A stretch of 57,337 nt of DNA from Candidatus Woesearchaeota archaeon (GTDB taxonomy: Archaea; Nanobdellota; Nanobdellia; Woesearchaeales; UBA10216): contig JACPIH010000011.1 of the NCBI GenBank assembly GCA_016188155.1, positions 1 through 57,337 on the forward strand, written 5' to 3'. The translations under genes were made by a program, and so were the position numbers. Below, one piece after another: positions 17,201 to 27,800 of this stretch (its first letter is position 1; each line of letters opens with the position of its first letter). Below the pieces are notes generated by a model. The model saw nothing but the letters and a program-made list of their open reading frames with translations, was not told the origin of the DNA and made no database searches.

Positions 17201-18653
17201 CTCCGCCACATTCCCCCTCCTAGGTACCATCGACGAGCTCAAAATCGTCAACCGCTCCCTCACCGCTGCTGAAATCGCTGCGGACTACAAGAAAGGCGTT
17301 AGGTTTGGCAGCAGCGACGGCGAAGTCCCAACCACCGAAAGTGGTGTTGTGTGGCAGCCTGGGAAGTTTGTGGAGAACCTGACGGTTGATACCAACACTT
17401 CTGGCTACTGGAGGTTTGATGAGGGAACAGGGCAGAATGTTTCAGACCTTTCCTCTTTTGCAAACTTTGGCGTTCTTGGTGCGAATGGCAATGCTGGAAC
17501 TGACGACCCGACATGGGTAAATGACAGTGCGGGCGGAAACGCTTTAAAGTTTGACGGCGTGAACGATTACGTTGACGCAGGCAACGCTTCAAGCCTGAGG
17601 ACAGCCAACATTACAGTTGAAGTGTGGGTTAAACCGAATGATAAACGTAATGGCGCTAATCCTGGCATACTTTACAAAGGACAAACCAACAATGAAGACA
17701 ATGGTGATTACTCGTTTGACATTTTCAACAGTAATGCGAGGTTCATGGTTAACAATAGCAAGGGACAGGCTACCGGCTCTACTAAACTTCAAAACAACAC
17801 TTGGCATCATATTGTCGGAACGTACGACGCCAGCGCAAGCGCAAACAATATGAAGGTATACGTCAACGGCATTTTAGAAGCGCAGAGCACCTATTCTGGT
17901 GGCATTAACTCCACCGGCAACTCTCTGAAAATCGGTTATTACTACTCTTCCGGCTTTTTCTGCAACTGCACCATCGACGAAGTCCGCATCCTCAACCGCT
18001 CACTTTCCGCAGCAGAAATCCTTTCCGACTACCGCAAAGCCGCCAAGGGCGTTTACTTCGGGCAGGGCGCTTACCTCAATTACAGCGATAAGGGAAACCA
18101 GAACAACAATGTTAGCGGCAACAATTACGATGAAGGCACTGTTGAGTCTTGGGTGAAGCTTGACAGCAGTAAGGGCAACTCACTTAATATGATAGCTGAT
18201 TTTGAAAGCACAGGATCCAACGGTTTAACGTTTCATATCAACGCGGGAAAGTTACGGTTACAGTACGGCAATGGCAGCACAAATACCGTTATTATAACCA
18301 CCACTACGACACTTGCTAAAGATATTTGGCATCACGTGGCAGCGACTTGGAGTTCAAGCGGCACAGCAGTTTACGTAAACGGAGTTTTGGAAGCAAGCGG
18401 CGGAGACCCAGTGATTAACATCTCGGACATAAACCCTGGAATATTTATAGGCGCTCAAAGCCCTGGCACGACAAGGTACCTGAACGGCACCCTGTCCGAG
18501 TTCCGCATTTCCAGAAAGGCTTTGTCAGCCCAGGAAATCAACGAGAGCTTCAGCAAGGGCCGCCAATACTTCAGCAACGAAATCTTCCTGAACAACAGCA
18601 ACTTCAACAAGTGGGACAGCTTCAAGCTGGGCTACCAACTATATTACTGTTAA
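11241..18653 (+). CDS. Giant surface protein, part 2: ten LamG (ConA-like) domains in two 5-domain super-repeats
   Basis: Repeated GYWxxD...TxxAW...WxHxxxT...Y(V/I)NG...GxIDE(V/L)xIxN motifs and dense N-x-S/T sequons. The ORF-track region 11025-11240 is off-frame. Confidence 0.9.
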   Translation, partial: ADVNISNSTSLDIYNQITVEAWINPASLQSDRFIITKGSTGNKGWILYENNAGALRAWVTASTTASAEKEDVLASGVWQHIAFTYDGSNVRLYVNGTEQASAALSGAINYSGFGQLVFGHSENGPTGRMFNGSIDEVSIYNYAKSAAEIKADYDNSPYKAMIYKDAVGYWHLDSVNGSNVTLDATGNGNDGSLAFFNQTNATTGGIIGNALDFSVALSGTVNSRVRFPLTKGLGGVPAAANFSLSAWVKWTGKAQPNQNIVSANNWNNADSYGLHYSVSGDGKLYSSIGQQHNNGTGITFTPIVGRWYFIVGTATATLQSLYIDGELVSNTTVGKVAVAVTSVIPPSIGSASTSGVNGTVDEVGIWNKSLSASEVKQLYLRTWYDHSPQQFLLHPNYPDQLDNSTQNTTLLLHFNEGTGTTTADSSPYGNAGTISGAFFTNDSISGSALKFDGVNDYVQVNYAAILNITTNLTMSGWVKYSALPSGQGVIMGTWGGENNNKSYMLQTYGTGQVGFSVDGATEASSASNAVQVGQWFYIAGVIAGSNYTLFLNGKPVDSGAFAPPNRVGSENFYVGGDAGKWGLGDVEGVIDEVKIVNRSLSDAEIAAEYRKGCPFCSSDSELPTTTSGVVWQPGRFVENLTVDSTVAAYWRFDEVTGSTVYDISGNGNTGYNFTGRFTNDSVGGTAANFTTGKYFNVSNSNSLNVNGSLTIAAWVKIAENSTLKNIVEKGDSSTDKRQYALGIVNDNPRFRVERSAGADYAGIDSAYNLTVGRWYYIVGRYDQASRDSSIYIDGINTSGKRATGHAANLTPPFDINLLIGAGTSETPASFMNGSIDELIIYSKALSQQEILTNYKKAAKGLGLLSNDYINYSASSNFNEREGTIEFWVKPEWNGNGENRPHVFVTAEKTNNDFLIYKESTNELQIFVQDTIFMEYDVSGWTSGNWKHVAFTWNNYTSNMTLHVDGTQINNSGTAFTIPAQNYLALGAQNIGSTPATFCNCTLSEFRISRKALSAQEINESFSKSRQLYSNEFMLNRSNFAKGDSFKVEYTAMDKDNQTGSPVNSSFITVVNTPPVAVNLSLPASGTTVLDFVNITWNATTDADNDSFTYVVLVNGTTQCNNPNSVLNCTYTPSANGFYLYNITAFDGTENSTPTNGNFTFTNLAPNVTYYQPTPSDAAVITANTFTVNVSINETTVDSCRLELYNSTNASRLNYSMSSTKLAVGSPNRYYCNITVSTDNGVTYYYRVFANDTPIGATTATAVRSVRENMPANFSPAGLGSARNVSLNVSTVNPATGQPQSLIPGTTTPSTSLYKLSQLVGFAENYSDQDRDFEANSTFKWYKRTEAARKGLVGYWKLDGNANDNSGKGNDGNGTFVLGSGRIDGAQQFSTTVPARIINISGDPYNFGTGDFTVEFWTKDAASNGACLVSKWDNLVNSNPGWSIQYMSSGGAIRATINASGGGEFTQFTSDTANVGDGAWHHVAVTFDRDGSVVIYVDGTSKGSSGISGVSGSVNNNLHLRFGACHRGGADYSGSTEALMDEVSIYNYAKSAAEIKADYDNSPYKAMIYKDAVGYWHLDENGGTSGYADSSGSGNTGAPRNGTINTTGKINGGVTFGSFGYVNLSPITLNNFTVVAWLNPNGTSGAVVDAELCGITDDWGIHSASGKGGTVRFQFGDNSANKDFFLNSTGVLSNNTWSHLAVSRNGTTISFYINGILDNTATGPHTKDLGATSPECDIYGRAIGIGNQQRAAGLGTSTAFGGTIDEVGIWNKTLNASEVKQLYLRTWYDHSPQQFLLHPNYPEEVDNSTQNTTLLLHFNDVSPSNPNLTDSSPYGNNGNISGAFFTNDSISGSALSFDGSTSYVNITTDPDITSATNYLTVMLWVKATVRNAQEYMFARSPDANNYAPIILKQADQTISAVVDNAGTRSVQLDSVTKLQANIWTHVAFTFDYPNSNARLYINGKLENSTVPITAMTSTAAQASLGMLRSATFPLLGTIDELKIVNRSLTAAEIAADYKKGVRFGSSDGEVPTTESGVVWQPGKFVENLTVDTNTSGYWRFDEGTGQNVSDLSSFANFGVLGANGNAGTDDPTWVNDSAGGNALKFDGVNDYVDAGNASSLRTANITVEVWVKPNDKRNGANPGILYKGQTNNEDNGDYSFDIFNSNARFMVNNSKGQATGSTKLQNNTWHHIVGTYDASASANNMKVYVNGILEAQSTYSGGINSTGNSLKIGYYYSSGFFCNCTIDEVRILNRSLSAAEILSDYRKAAKGVYFGQGAYLNYSDKGNQNNNVSGNNYDEGTVESWVKLDSSKGNSLNMIADFESTGSNGLTFHINAGKLRLQYGNGSTNTVIITTTTTLAKDIWHHVAATWSSSGTAVYVNGVLEASGGDPVINISDINPGIFIGAQSPGTTRYLNGTLSEFRISRKALSAQEINESFSKGRQYFSNEIFLNNSNFNKWDSFKLGYQLYYC
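18495..18636 (+). repeat. 142-bp direct repeat, copy A (copy B at 21703-21844); both end at a frameshift
   Basis: TCCGAGTTCCGCATTTCC...TTCAAGCTGGGCTACC is identical in both copies. Confidence 0.9.
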
Positions 18654-21600
18654 TAATACTGCTCCGGGTGACACTTCATTGTCTAGTCCTGCGGATAATA
18701 CGAAGCAGGGCGTTTCTGTTGCTTTGAGTTGTTCGGCTGCTGGTGACTTGGATAATGATACTGTTTATTACCAGTTCCTTGGCGATACCAGCAATCCGCC
18801 AACTACTGCTTTGCAGAACTCCACTGATACTTCGTTTACCTGGTCAGGGCTGACGAGGGGCACTACTTACTACTGGCGCTGCAGGACTTATGATAATGAG
18901 AGCTGGGGGGCGTATACTGGTGCAAGGTCGTTTGCTGTTAACGTGCTTGCCACGCTGTCCGGCGTCAGAAACGCCTCTCTCAACGTTAGCCGTGTTGACC
19001 CTGCCACAGGCCAGCCGCAGAGCCTTATTCCCGGCACAACCACTCCTTCAACTGCCATTTACAAGCGTGACCAGCTCGTAGGCTTTGCTGAAAACTATTC
19101 TGATGCTGACCGCGACTTTGAGGCTAACAGCACGTTCAAGTGGTATATTAACAACACGAACCAGAGCTGGGGAGGCGGCAACCGCACTGCTGAAATGGTT
19201 GCCATGATTTACAAGGGTGCTTTGGGTTATTGGCATTTGGACAACGACGTGAAGGACAGCAGCGGCACTGGGAACGACGGAAGCTTGATTGGCTCTGTGA
19301 ATGCAACTAACGTGTCAGGCATGATTGGCAAAGCGATTAACTTCACACAAGTGAGCTATGTTGAAGTGCCTAACTCTGCGACTACGCGCGGTCTTAAGAA
19401 CCTTACAATAAGCGCGTGGGTGATGCCTTTCTATAGCAGTGGTACCAGTGCGATAAGGTATATACTGTATAAGTGCACTGGCAATCAGGCGTGCGGTCCT
19501 GCTGATGCTTCAAACACCGATTACACGCTATACTTGTCAGGTGGTAATACAATTGCGTTCAGGCCTAATACCGGTATTTTAACGACAAACGACACAATAA
19601 GTAACGGCACGTGGCACCATCTTGTGGTAACAGAAGACAGTAGCGGCAACGCCAGGATTTACATTAATGGCGAGTTTAAAATAAGCGAGGCCGGGTTCTC
19701 GGTAGGAGGTGCAAATGCGTCCAAGCTGCGAATAGGCAACGGAAAAGATGGAGAGTTGAACAATTTCTTCGGCAGCATAGACGAAGTCGCCATCTACAAC
19801 AAAACATTAACGGCAGCCGAAGTCAAGCAGCTTTACCTCAGAACGTGGTACGACCACTCCCCCCAGCAGTTCCTCCTCCACCCCAATTACCCTGAAGAAG
19901 TTGACAACTCCACGCAGAATACTACTTTGCTGCTGCACTTTGATGAGGGAACAGGAGCGAACGTTACCGATAGCAGCCCTTACGGCAACAACGGCAAGAT
20001 AACTGGCGCGTTCTTCACCAACGATTCCATTTCTGGCAGTGCGCTGAGCTTCGGGACGAATGACAACGTTACAATCGCTGCTTCTCCAACCCTAAGCCCT
20101 GACAAGGCCATAACAGTCATGGCGTGGCTTAAGCTCTCTTCATGGAGCGATTCCAGGGTATTGGCACTGGCAGATGACGTAAGTGACCTTGACGGCTATG
20201 TCTTAAGAACTGACGTTCCGTCAGATTCAATCTTCTTCAGCGTTGGTAATGGAACAAAACGGGATAGTTCTGCTGTGTTTCCTATTGACGTTAACAAGTG
20301 GATGCACATAGCAGGCACTTACAACGGAAGCCTGATAAGAATTTTCAAGAACGGGGTTGAGAATGGCTCAGGAACTGCCCATTTAGAGAACATAACCTAC
20401 ACTCCAAACATACTGTTTGCAATAGGGAAGGCCTACGACGCAAACGGGGTAACCGGCATCATTGACGAAGTCAAAATCGTCAACCGCAGCCTCACCGCCG
20501 CTGAGATTTCTGCTGACTACCGTAAGGGCGTGAGGTTTGGCAGCAGCGACGGCGAAGCCCCAACTTCCGAATCCGGCGTTGTGTGGCAGCCCGGAAGGTA
20601 TGTGGAGAACTTATCGCTGTCTGCTCCCTACGCCAACACTACCGCCTATTTGAGGCTTGACGATGGCTCAGGAACTACGGCAACCGACCTTAGCGGCTCT
20701 GGCAACTCTGGCAGCTTCCAAGGCGCAGCCAACAACGCATCATGGACTAATGATTCCGTAAGCGGCTATGCCTTGAAGTTTGACGGCGTTGACGACTTTG
20801 TGAAAATACCGCTCTCAGCCTCGCTTAACGCTACGTGGAACGGCTCTAACGGCTTTACAGTCTCTGCTTGGCTTAAGAGGGGCAACATATCCACAGGAAA
20901 TTATCCAATAATTAAGGAAAGCACCGGGGCAAGCGGTGACTGGTGGATAAGCACAGGAGGAAATTGGATTTGCAATTCAGGCGGAGGCAGTGGCACTGCA
21001 AGCACTGGCGTGCGTGTAATTAACGGCGAGTGGCACTTCATAACTTTAACTTACAACACCACTCTACTCTCATGTTTCCTTGACGGCGTCCTTTACGCTA
21101 CAGACACCACTCCCGGCAGCATGTCAAGGAGTAACACGTCAGTCTTCCTCGGAGCTTGGGGCAGTGGCGATGGCGTTAACGCAGGCGGTTACTGGAACGG
21201 CACAGTTGACGAGCTCAGAATAGTCAACAGAACACTCTCTGCAGCCGAAATATTGGCCGACTACCGCAAAGCCGCCAAAGGACTGGGCCTGTTGAGCAAC
21301 GACTACATCAACTACTCGGCTACTGGCAACTTTAACGAGAGGGAAGGCACTGTGGAGTTTTGGGTGAAGCCGGAGTGGAACGGGAATGAGCAATTTGCCA
21401 GGACATTTGTCGTCTTGGAAAAATCTAACAATGACTTCCGTCTGGGAACTTTGGTAAATACCAATGATTTGGTGGTTATGGCAACCGATACTGTAATGGT
21501 TAGAAAAAATATTGGTGATTGGCTTATTGGCAATTGGCGGCACGTAGGTGTTGTTTGGAATAATTACACCTCAAACATAAGCCTGTTTATCGATGGTTTG

Positions 21601-21879
21601 CAGGTGAATAACTCAAGGAGTGCGTTTTCAATTTCCCCTCAGTCTGACCTTTCGATTGGCTCTGAAAATGGCAACTCTATCAACTTCTGCAACTGCACCA
21701 TCTCCGAGTTCCGCATTTCCAGAAAGGCTTTGTCAGCCCAGGAAATCAACGAGAGCTTCAGCAAGGGCCGCCAATACTTCAGCAACGAAATCTTCCTGAA
21801 CAACAGCAACTTCAACAAGTGGGACAGCTTCAAGCTGGGCTACCGGCAGCGAAGTCAACAGCAGCTACCTGACTGTTAA
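18637..21879 (+). CDS. Giant surface protein, part 3: FN3-like domain plus four LamG domains
   Basis: Frame is open from NYITVNNTAPG. Contains the FN3-like GLTRGTTYYWRCR and four LamG repeats homologous to the part 2 super-repeat. Confidence 0.88.
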   Translation, partial: NYITVNNTAPGDTSLSSPADNTKQGVSVALSCSAAGDLDNDTVYYQFLGDTSNPPTTALQNSTDTSFTWSGLTRGTTYYWRCRTYDNESWGAYTGARSFAVNVLATLSGVRNASLNVSRVDPATGQPQSLIPGTTTPSTAIYKRDQLVGFAENYSDADRDFEANSTFKWYINNTNQSWGGGNRTAEMVAMIYKGALGYWHLDNDVKDSSGTGNDGSLIGSVNATNVSGMIGKAINFTQVSYVEVPNSATTRGLKNLTISAWVMPFYSSGTSAIRYILYKCTGNQACGPADASNTDYTLYLSGGNTIAFRPNTGILTTNDTISNGTWHHLVVTEDSSGNARIYINGEFKISEAGFSVGGANASKLRIGNGKDGELNNFFGSIDEVAIYNKTLTAAEVKQLYLRTWYDHSPQQFLLHPNYPEEVDNSTQNTTLLLHFDEGTGANVTDSSPYGNNGKITGAFFTNDSISGSALSFGTNDNVTIAASPTLSPDKAITVMAWLKLSSWSDSRVLALADDVSDLDGYVLRTDVPSDSIFFSVGNGTKRDSSAVFPIDVNKWMHIAGTYNGSLIRIFKNGVENGSGTAHLENITYTPNILFAIGKAYDANGVTGIIDEVKIVNRSLTAAEISADYRKGVRFGSSDGEAPTSESGVVWQPGRYVENLSLSAPYANTTAYLRLDDGSGTTATDLSGSGNSGSFQGAANNASWTNDSVSGYALKFDGVDDFVKIPLSASLNATWNGSNGFTVSAWLKRGNISTGNYPIIKESTGASGDWWISTGGNWICNSGGGSGTASTGVRVINGEWHFITLTYNTTLLSCFLDGVLYATDTTPGSMSRSNTSVFLGAWGSGDGVNAGGYWNGTVDELRIVNRTLSAAEILADYRKAAKGLGLLSNDYINYSATGNFNEREGTVEFWVKPEWNGNEQFARTFVVLEKSNNDFRLGTLVNTNDLVVMATDTVMVRKNIGDWLIGNWRHVGVVWNNYTSNISLFIDGLQVNNSRSAFSISPQSDLSIGSENGNSINFCNCTISEFRISRKALSAQEINESFSKGRQYFSNEIFLNNSNFNKWDSFKLGYRQRSQQQLPDC
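21703..21844 (+). repeat. 142-bp direct repeat, copy B
   Basis: Identical to 18495-18636. Confidence 0.9.
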
Positions 21880-24800
21880 CAACTCGCAGCCGTCAGAGCC
21901 GACAATTACCGACTTTGGAAGGGAAGGCGTTGACGGCACTGCTGAAAGCGTTGCTGCGAACAGGGCAAGCAGCGCAACGCCAGCCAATGCCACTTTCATG
22001 ACGGCTGTTAACATTACCTGGACAGCCTCAGCTGACAACGACTCTGACACTATAAACTACACCGTGCTTATCAACAACACCCTGGTGTGCGACACGCAGT
22101 CGTTGAGCTGCAACACCACCCAGCTGCCAAGCTGGAACGGCAACGCTGCGTTCTACATCTTCAACGTGACCGCTTTTGACCAGGAGTGGAACAGCACCAC
22201 AACGACTTACGCCTTCATGTTTGACAACACCACACCCACGATGTCAATTATCGCGTTAACCCCAGCCAACAACACCTTCCAGAACACCACCAGCTACTTC
22301 ATCAACCTTTCAGTTACTGAAGGCAGCGTTGACCGTGTAATACTGAACATTACAGGGCCGAGCTTTGCTACCGCTTCCAGCAGCGGCAGGAACATTACGC
22401 TGTGGGACAAAGACTTGGTCGGCATGTGGCACTTTGAGGAAAATGCTAATGACAGCAGCGGCTACAACAATGATGGCACACGAGGCCAGAATGCTGCTTT
22501 CAACAGTACATGCAGGCTCGGAGGATGTGCCAACTTCACCCTAGCGGTTCACAACATAACAATTGCCGACTCAGCTTCTTTAAACTTTACGCAGTTCACG
22601 ATACAGGCATGGATAAGGATTGAGAACCTTTCAGGCAGGACGACCGATTTTCCGAACATTTTAGGGAAACAATTAAGTGCAACCAATAGGAACTACGTTT
22701 TATACGTTAGGAACGACACTGGTATCTTTTTCGGCAGCAGCAGCTTTTCAGGCAGCCAGCAAGACTTGAGCAGCAACGTTAAGGTCATGAACACAACGCA
22801 AGGCTGGCACAACGTTGCTTACATTGTCAACTCCACCCACCAGGCTGTTTATGTCGACGGCACACGGAGAAACACAGCTTCCTACACAGGCACAGCCGAC
22901 AGGCAATCTTCCCCTCTTATCATTGCTAAATCCCCAGCTGCGTCTGGTGAGAGTTTAGTCTTCAACGGCACTATTGACGAAGTCAAAATCTGGCGCCGTG
23001 CCTTGTCTGCTGGGGAAATCAGCGCCGAGTACAACCGCACCGCATCCAACTACCTCGCCAGCCACATTGTCAGCGGGGCAGCTGCCCACACGTTCTCGCT
23101 CAACATGACCAACCTTACCAACGGCAACTACTCATGGTTTGCGTGGGTTAATGACAGCAGCAGCGCAGTTGCGGCAACTACAGCCACAACCGTGAATTCC
23201 GCTGTTGGCCAGAGGGAGTTCAAGGTTGACCTGATACCGCCAGCTATCAGCTTTGTTGCTAACACTCCTGCAAACCAGTCTGTGTTGCCAACCAGTTACA
23301 TTTTCATTAACACGTCTGAGAATGATGCTGGCAACGACCACAACGAGCTTTCAGCGTTCATTGACTTTAACAGCTCGCTGGTTGGTTATTGGAGGTTTGA
23401 GGACGATGGCGATACGAACGCAAGTGACTTTACGAATAACAACAATAATGGCACTTTGACAAGCTTCGGTTGTATGACTTTGAACTGCAACCTCACAGGA
23501 GGCACTGGAGGGACTGGGAGCGGGTGGACTTCTGCAGGAAAGAGGGGCAAGGCGCTGAAGTTTGACGGTGAGAATGATTTTGTGAACGTTTCGTATAGTG
23601 AAAGTTTGAACTTGACCAACCTTACTGCAATAGCATGGGTGTATTTAGATAGGCAATCGCCTGCAAGCTACGTTGACATTGTGAGCAGGCAATCTGTATT
23701 CAGATTAGAAGTTGCTGCTGCCCCCCACGTTAACAGGTTCTCTTTTGTAGTTTACAACACAACATTAGGCCAATCTGCTCTTTTAGGAACAAATTCGCTT
23801 TCAGATGGATGGCACCACGTTGCAGGCGTGTTTAACGGCACGCATTATACGATATTCACTGATGGCAATAGAAGCAACTCCGCCGCTTTTCTTGGTAGCA
23901 TAAACCACACTTCACAGCATCTGACGATAGGTGCATCCCTCTTTGGAGTTGAAAACTTCAACGGCTCCATCGACGAAGTCCAAATCTGGAACCGCGTTTT
24001 GGATGCCCAGGAAATCAACGCCTCTTACCAGGCTGGTGTTTACCGGTTGTTCAGGAACTTTACCGGCTTGAATGATGGCAATTACAGCTTCAGGGCTTTT
24101 GTTGTTGATGCTTCTGGCAACATGAACGTTACTGATAACAGGACTTTCAGTGTTGATACGACTGCGCCGAGCCTAAGCTTTATTGCTACTACTGATGCTA
24201 ATGCTTCTTTCCTGAACCGCAGCTTTACGATTGTTAACGTTTCGACTACAGAGACTAGCGAGCACAGCGTTTTCGTTGACTTCAACCGCTCCATGGTTGG
24301 TTATTGGAGGTTTGAAGACGACGCAGACACTAACGCTTCAGATTTCAGCACTTACAGCAACAACGGCACTTTGGTCGGGTTTGGGTGCACTACTGCTGAC
24401 TGCAACCTCACTGGTGGAGATGGAGGAACTGGAAGCGGGTTCACAAGCGCAGGCAAGAGAGGAAAAGCAATGATGTTTGATGGAGTGGATGACTTGATTA
24501 ACACTTCAAAGACTTACACGCAACTTGGCATATCCAAAGAACTTACCATAGAAGCGTGGATTAAAGCCGCAAACTCAAACGGCATGGGAAGGAAAACAAT
24601 AGTTGGAGACAATGATAACTTAATCTTGTTAATCGCCAACGCAAGCTCAGCGCGAGCCAGCAGACACGCTTACCCGCAGGGAGCAAACGCCTCATTCAGC
24701 ATCAAGGCGGGATTCTTCCACGTAACAGCCACTTACAGCGATGTGAGAGCAAGCCAGACAAACGAAGTCAAATTATACGTTGACGGAGAATTCATGGCCA

Positions 24801-27800
24801 ACGTGACCATAACAAATTCGGCAAACAATCCGCTAACCGAATTGGTTCGCATAGGCCACGATACAGCTACTTCTGGAAGAACACCATGGAACGGAAGCCT
24901 CGACGAAGTTAAAATTTGGAACAGAGTCCTGAACGATACTGAAATCAACGCTTCTTACCAGGCTGGCACTTATCGTTACACTAAGAACTTTACGGGCTTG
25001 AATGATGGCAATTATTCTTATTATGCTGCTGTTGTTGACTCTGCTGGAACTTTGGTTCAGACTGTTAACAGGACTGTTTACGTTGACACTGTTGGGCCAG
25101 CCATTTCGCTTATTGCGAACACTCCTGCCAATCAGAGTGTTCTCAGCAGCAATTACATCTTCATTAATACGTCTGAGAATGACGGCGGCAACGACCACAA
25201 CGAGCTTTCAGCCTTCATAGACTTCAACCGCAGCTTGGTTGGTTATTGGAGGTTTGAGGACGATGGGGACACAAACGCTTCGGATTTCACTAATAACAAC
25301 AACAACGGCACTTTGGTCGGGTTCGGCTGCACAAGCCTGAACTGCAACGCTTCATCAGGCTGGACCTCGGCTGGCAAAAGAGGAAAAGCATTAAACTTTG
25401 ATGGAGTAAATGATAGGGTACGTAATCCTGGTCTCTCAGGTTTGAGTGCAGATGCGATTACGATTGAAGCGTGGTTCTTTCGGAGGGAGAGCGGCGTTCG
25501 AATGCTCTTATCAAGAAACAGATTTAGTGCTAACGAATGGGATTTGTTCCCTAGTAGTTGGAGATTTAATAATGGCAGCACGACTAACCAATATGACACC
25601 GTTACTTCCGTACAAAACGATGTATGGAATCATCTCGTAGTTACTTATGATAAAAATGCTGGCGGGAATAACGTTAATGTTTACCTTAACGGAAAATTAG
25701 AGGTGTCTGGCGCAACAGGTGGTACGTTAGGCACTGGAGGAATTACCACTATTGGAAGCTTTCAGGATGGAACAACAGATTACTTCAGCGGTACCATTGA
25801 CGAGGTCAAAATCTGGAGCAGGGCTTTGTCCGCTCAGGAAATCAACTCCTCTTACCAGGCAGGCCAGTATAGGCTGTTTAGGAACTTTACTGGTTTGGCT
25901 GATGGTAATTACACTGCCAGGGCTTTTGTTGTTGACGCTGCTGGTAACATGAACGTGACTGATAACAGGACTTTCTCTGTGGATACTGTTGCCCCGACGA
26001 TTGCTTACATTTTCCCAACCGAGGCTAACAACTCTTTCGTTAATCGCAGCTTTACTGTTGTTAACACCACGGTTACCGAAACCGGTGAGAGCAGCGCGTT
26101 CATAAACTTTAACAATTCGCTGGTTGGTTATTGGAGGTTTGAGGATGACGGCGATACGAACGCGAGCGACTTTACCAGCAATAACAATAACGGCACTTTG
26201 CTTAACTTCAGCTGCACTGCTGCTGACTGCAACTTAACAGGCGGGTTAAGCGGCTTAGGTACTGGTTTTACTTCTGCTGGAAAAAGAGGAAAGGCTATGG
26301 CGTTTGACGGCGTGGACGACATAGTTAGGATTTCGGATAAAGACATCTTCACCTTTGGCGACGGCAGCAGTGTGGACAGCCCCTTCAGTCTCACGGCATG
26401 GATAAAAATCAATCCGGAGCTTGCTTTCAGGGTTATCGTTGCCAAAATGAACGCGCTAAGCAATGAGGAATGGGTTTTGCAGCTTAACACAAACAACAGC
26501 GTTAGCTTTGGCACCGCAGACCCAAGCGCATCAGCAAGGGCAACCGTAGTGAGCCCTGCCGTGCAGAACAACACGTGGCTTCACATAGCCGCAACTTACA
26601 ACGGAATAGGCGGGAGTAACGCGGCAGCAGGAATGAACTTATATGTAAATGGCGTGCCGCAAAACGTCAGAAACTCAACAGCAGATGGTTACGTTGCTAT
26701 GGAAAACCGTCCGTCTAACGTGGTTATCGGCTCTGAGGGGCTGCCGGCGGGAGGCAGTTTCTTCAACGGCACAATAGATGAAGTAATGATATGGAATAGG
26801 AACCTGTCAGCAGAGGAAATCAATGCTTCTTATCAGGCTGGCACTTACCGGCTGTTTAGGAACTTTTCGGGCTTGGCTGATGCTAATTATAGTTTTAACG
26901 TTTCTGTTGTTGATTGGGCTGGCACCATTTTTACGAATGTGACGAGGAACGTTATTATTGACACCACATTTCCGCTTATCAGCTACGGTTTGGGCAGTGA
27001 TGCTAACGGCACCAGCTTGGCAAGGAACTACATTCACTTGAACGTTACTGTTGATGAGCTTAATCCTAGGAATTTGACTGCTTTCTTGTTTAGTGGGGCA
27101 GCCATAATCGCTTCGCAGAACGTTTCCGTGAACAAGACTCCAAGCTCCAACAACGTAACTTTCCTGTCGGTCAGCGATGGTTACTACAACGTTTCTGTCT
27201 CGGTTAGGGATTTGGCTGATAATGTTAACACTACTCCGACTAACAGGAGCTTTACTGTTGATACTACTGTCCCGGTGTTGGCTTATGCTGCTCCTTCTTT
27301 TGCGAATGCTTCGTTTGTTAACGTGTCGTGGATTTTCCTGAACTTCAGCTTTACCGAGATTAACAATGGCACGCTGATGATTAGGAATGGCAGCACGAAC
27401 TGGACCAATGTTAACGCGAGTTCTGGATACTTCTTTTACAATTTCAGCCCGAGGGCGGATGGGAATTATACGTTCTTCGGCTGGATTAACGATAGCAGTG
27501 GGCAGGTTGCTCAGACTGTTAACAGGACTGTTTACGTTGACACTGTTGGGCCAGCCATTTCGCTTATTGCGAACACTCCTGCCAACCAGAGCGTTCTCAG
27601 CACCAACTACATTTTCGTCAACACCAGTGAGAATGATGCTGGCAGCGACCACAACGAGCTTTCAGCGTTCATAGACTTTAACAATTCTCTTGTGGGTTAT
27701 TGGAGGTTTGAGGACGACGGGGATACGAACGCTTCTGACTTCACGAGCTACAACAACAACGGCACTTTGGTTAACTTTGGCTGCACCACTTTGAACTGCA

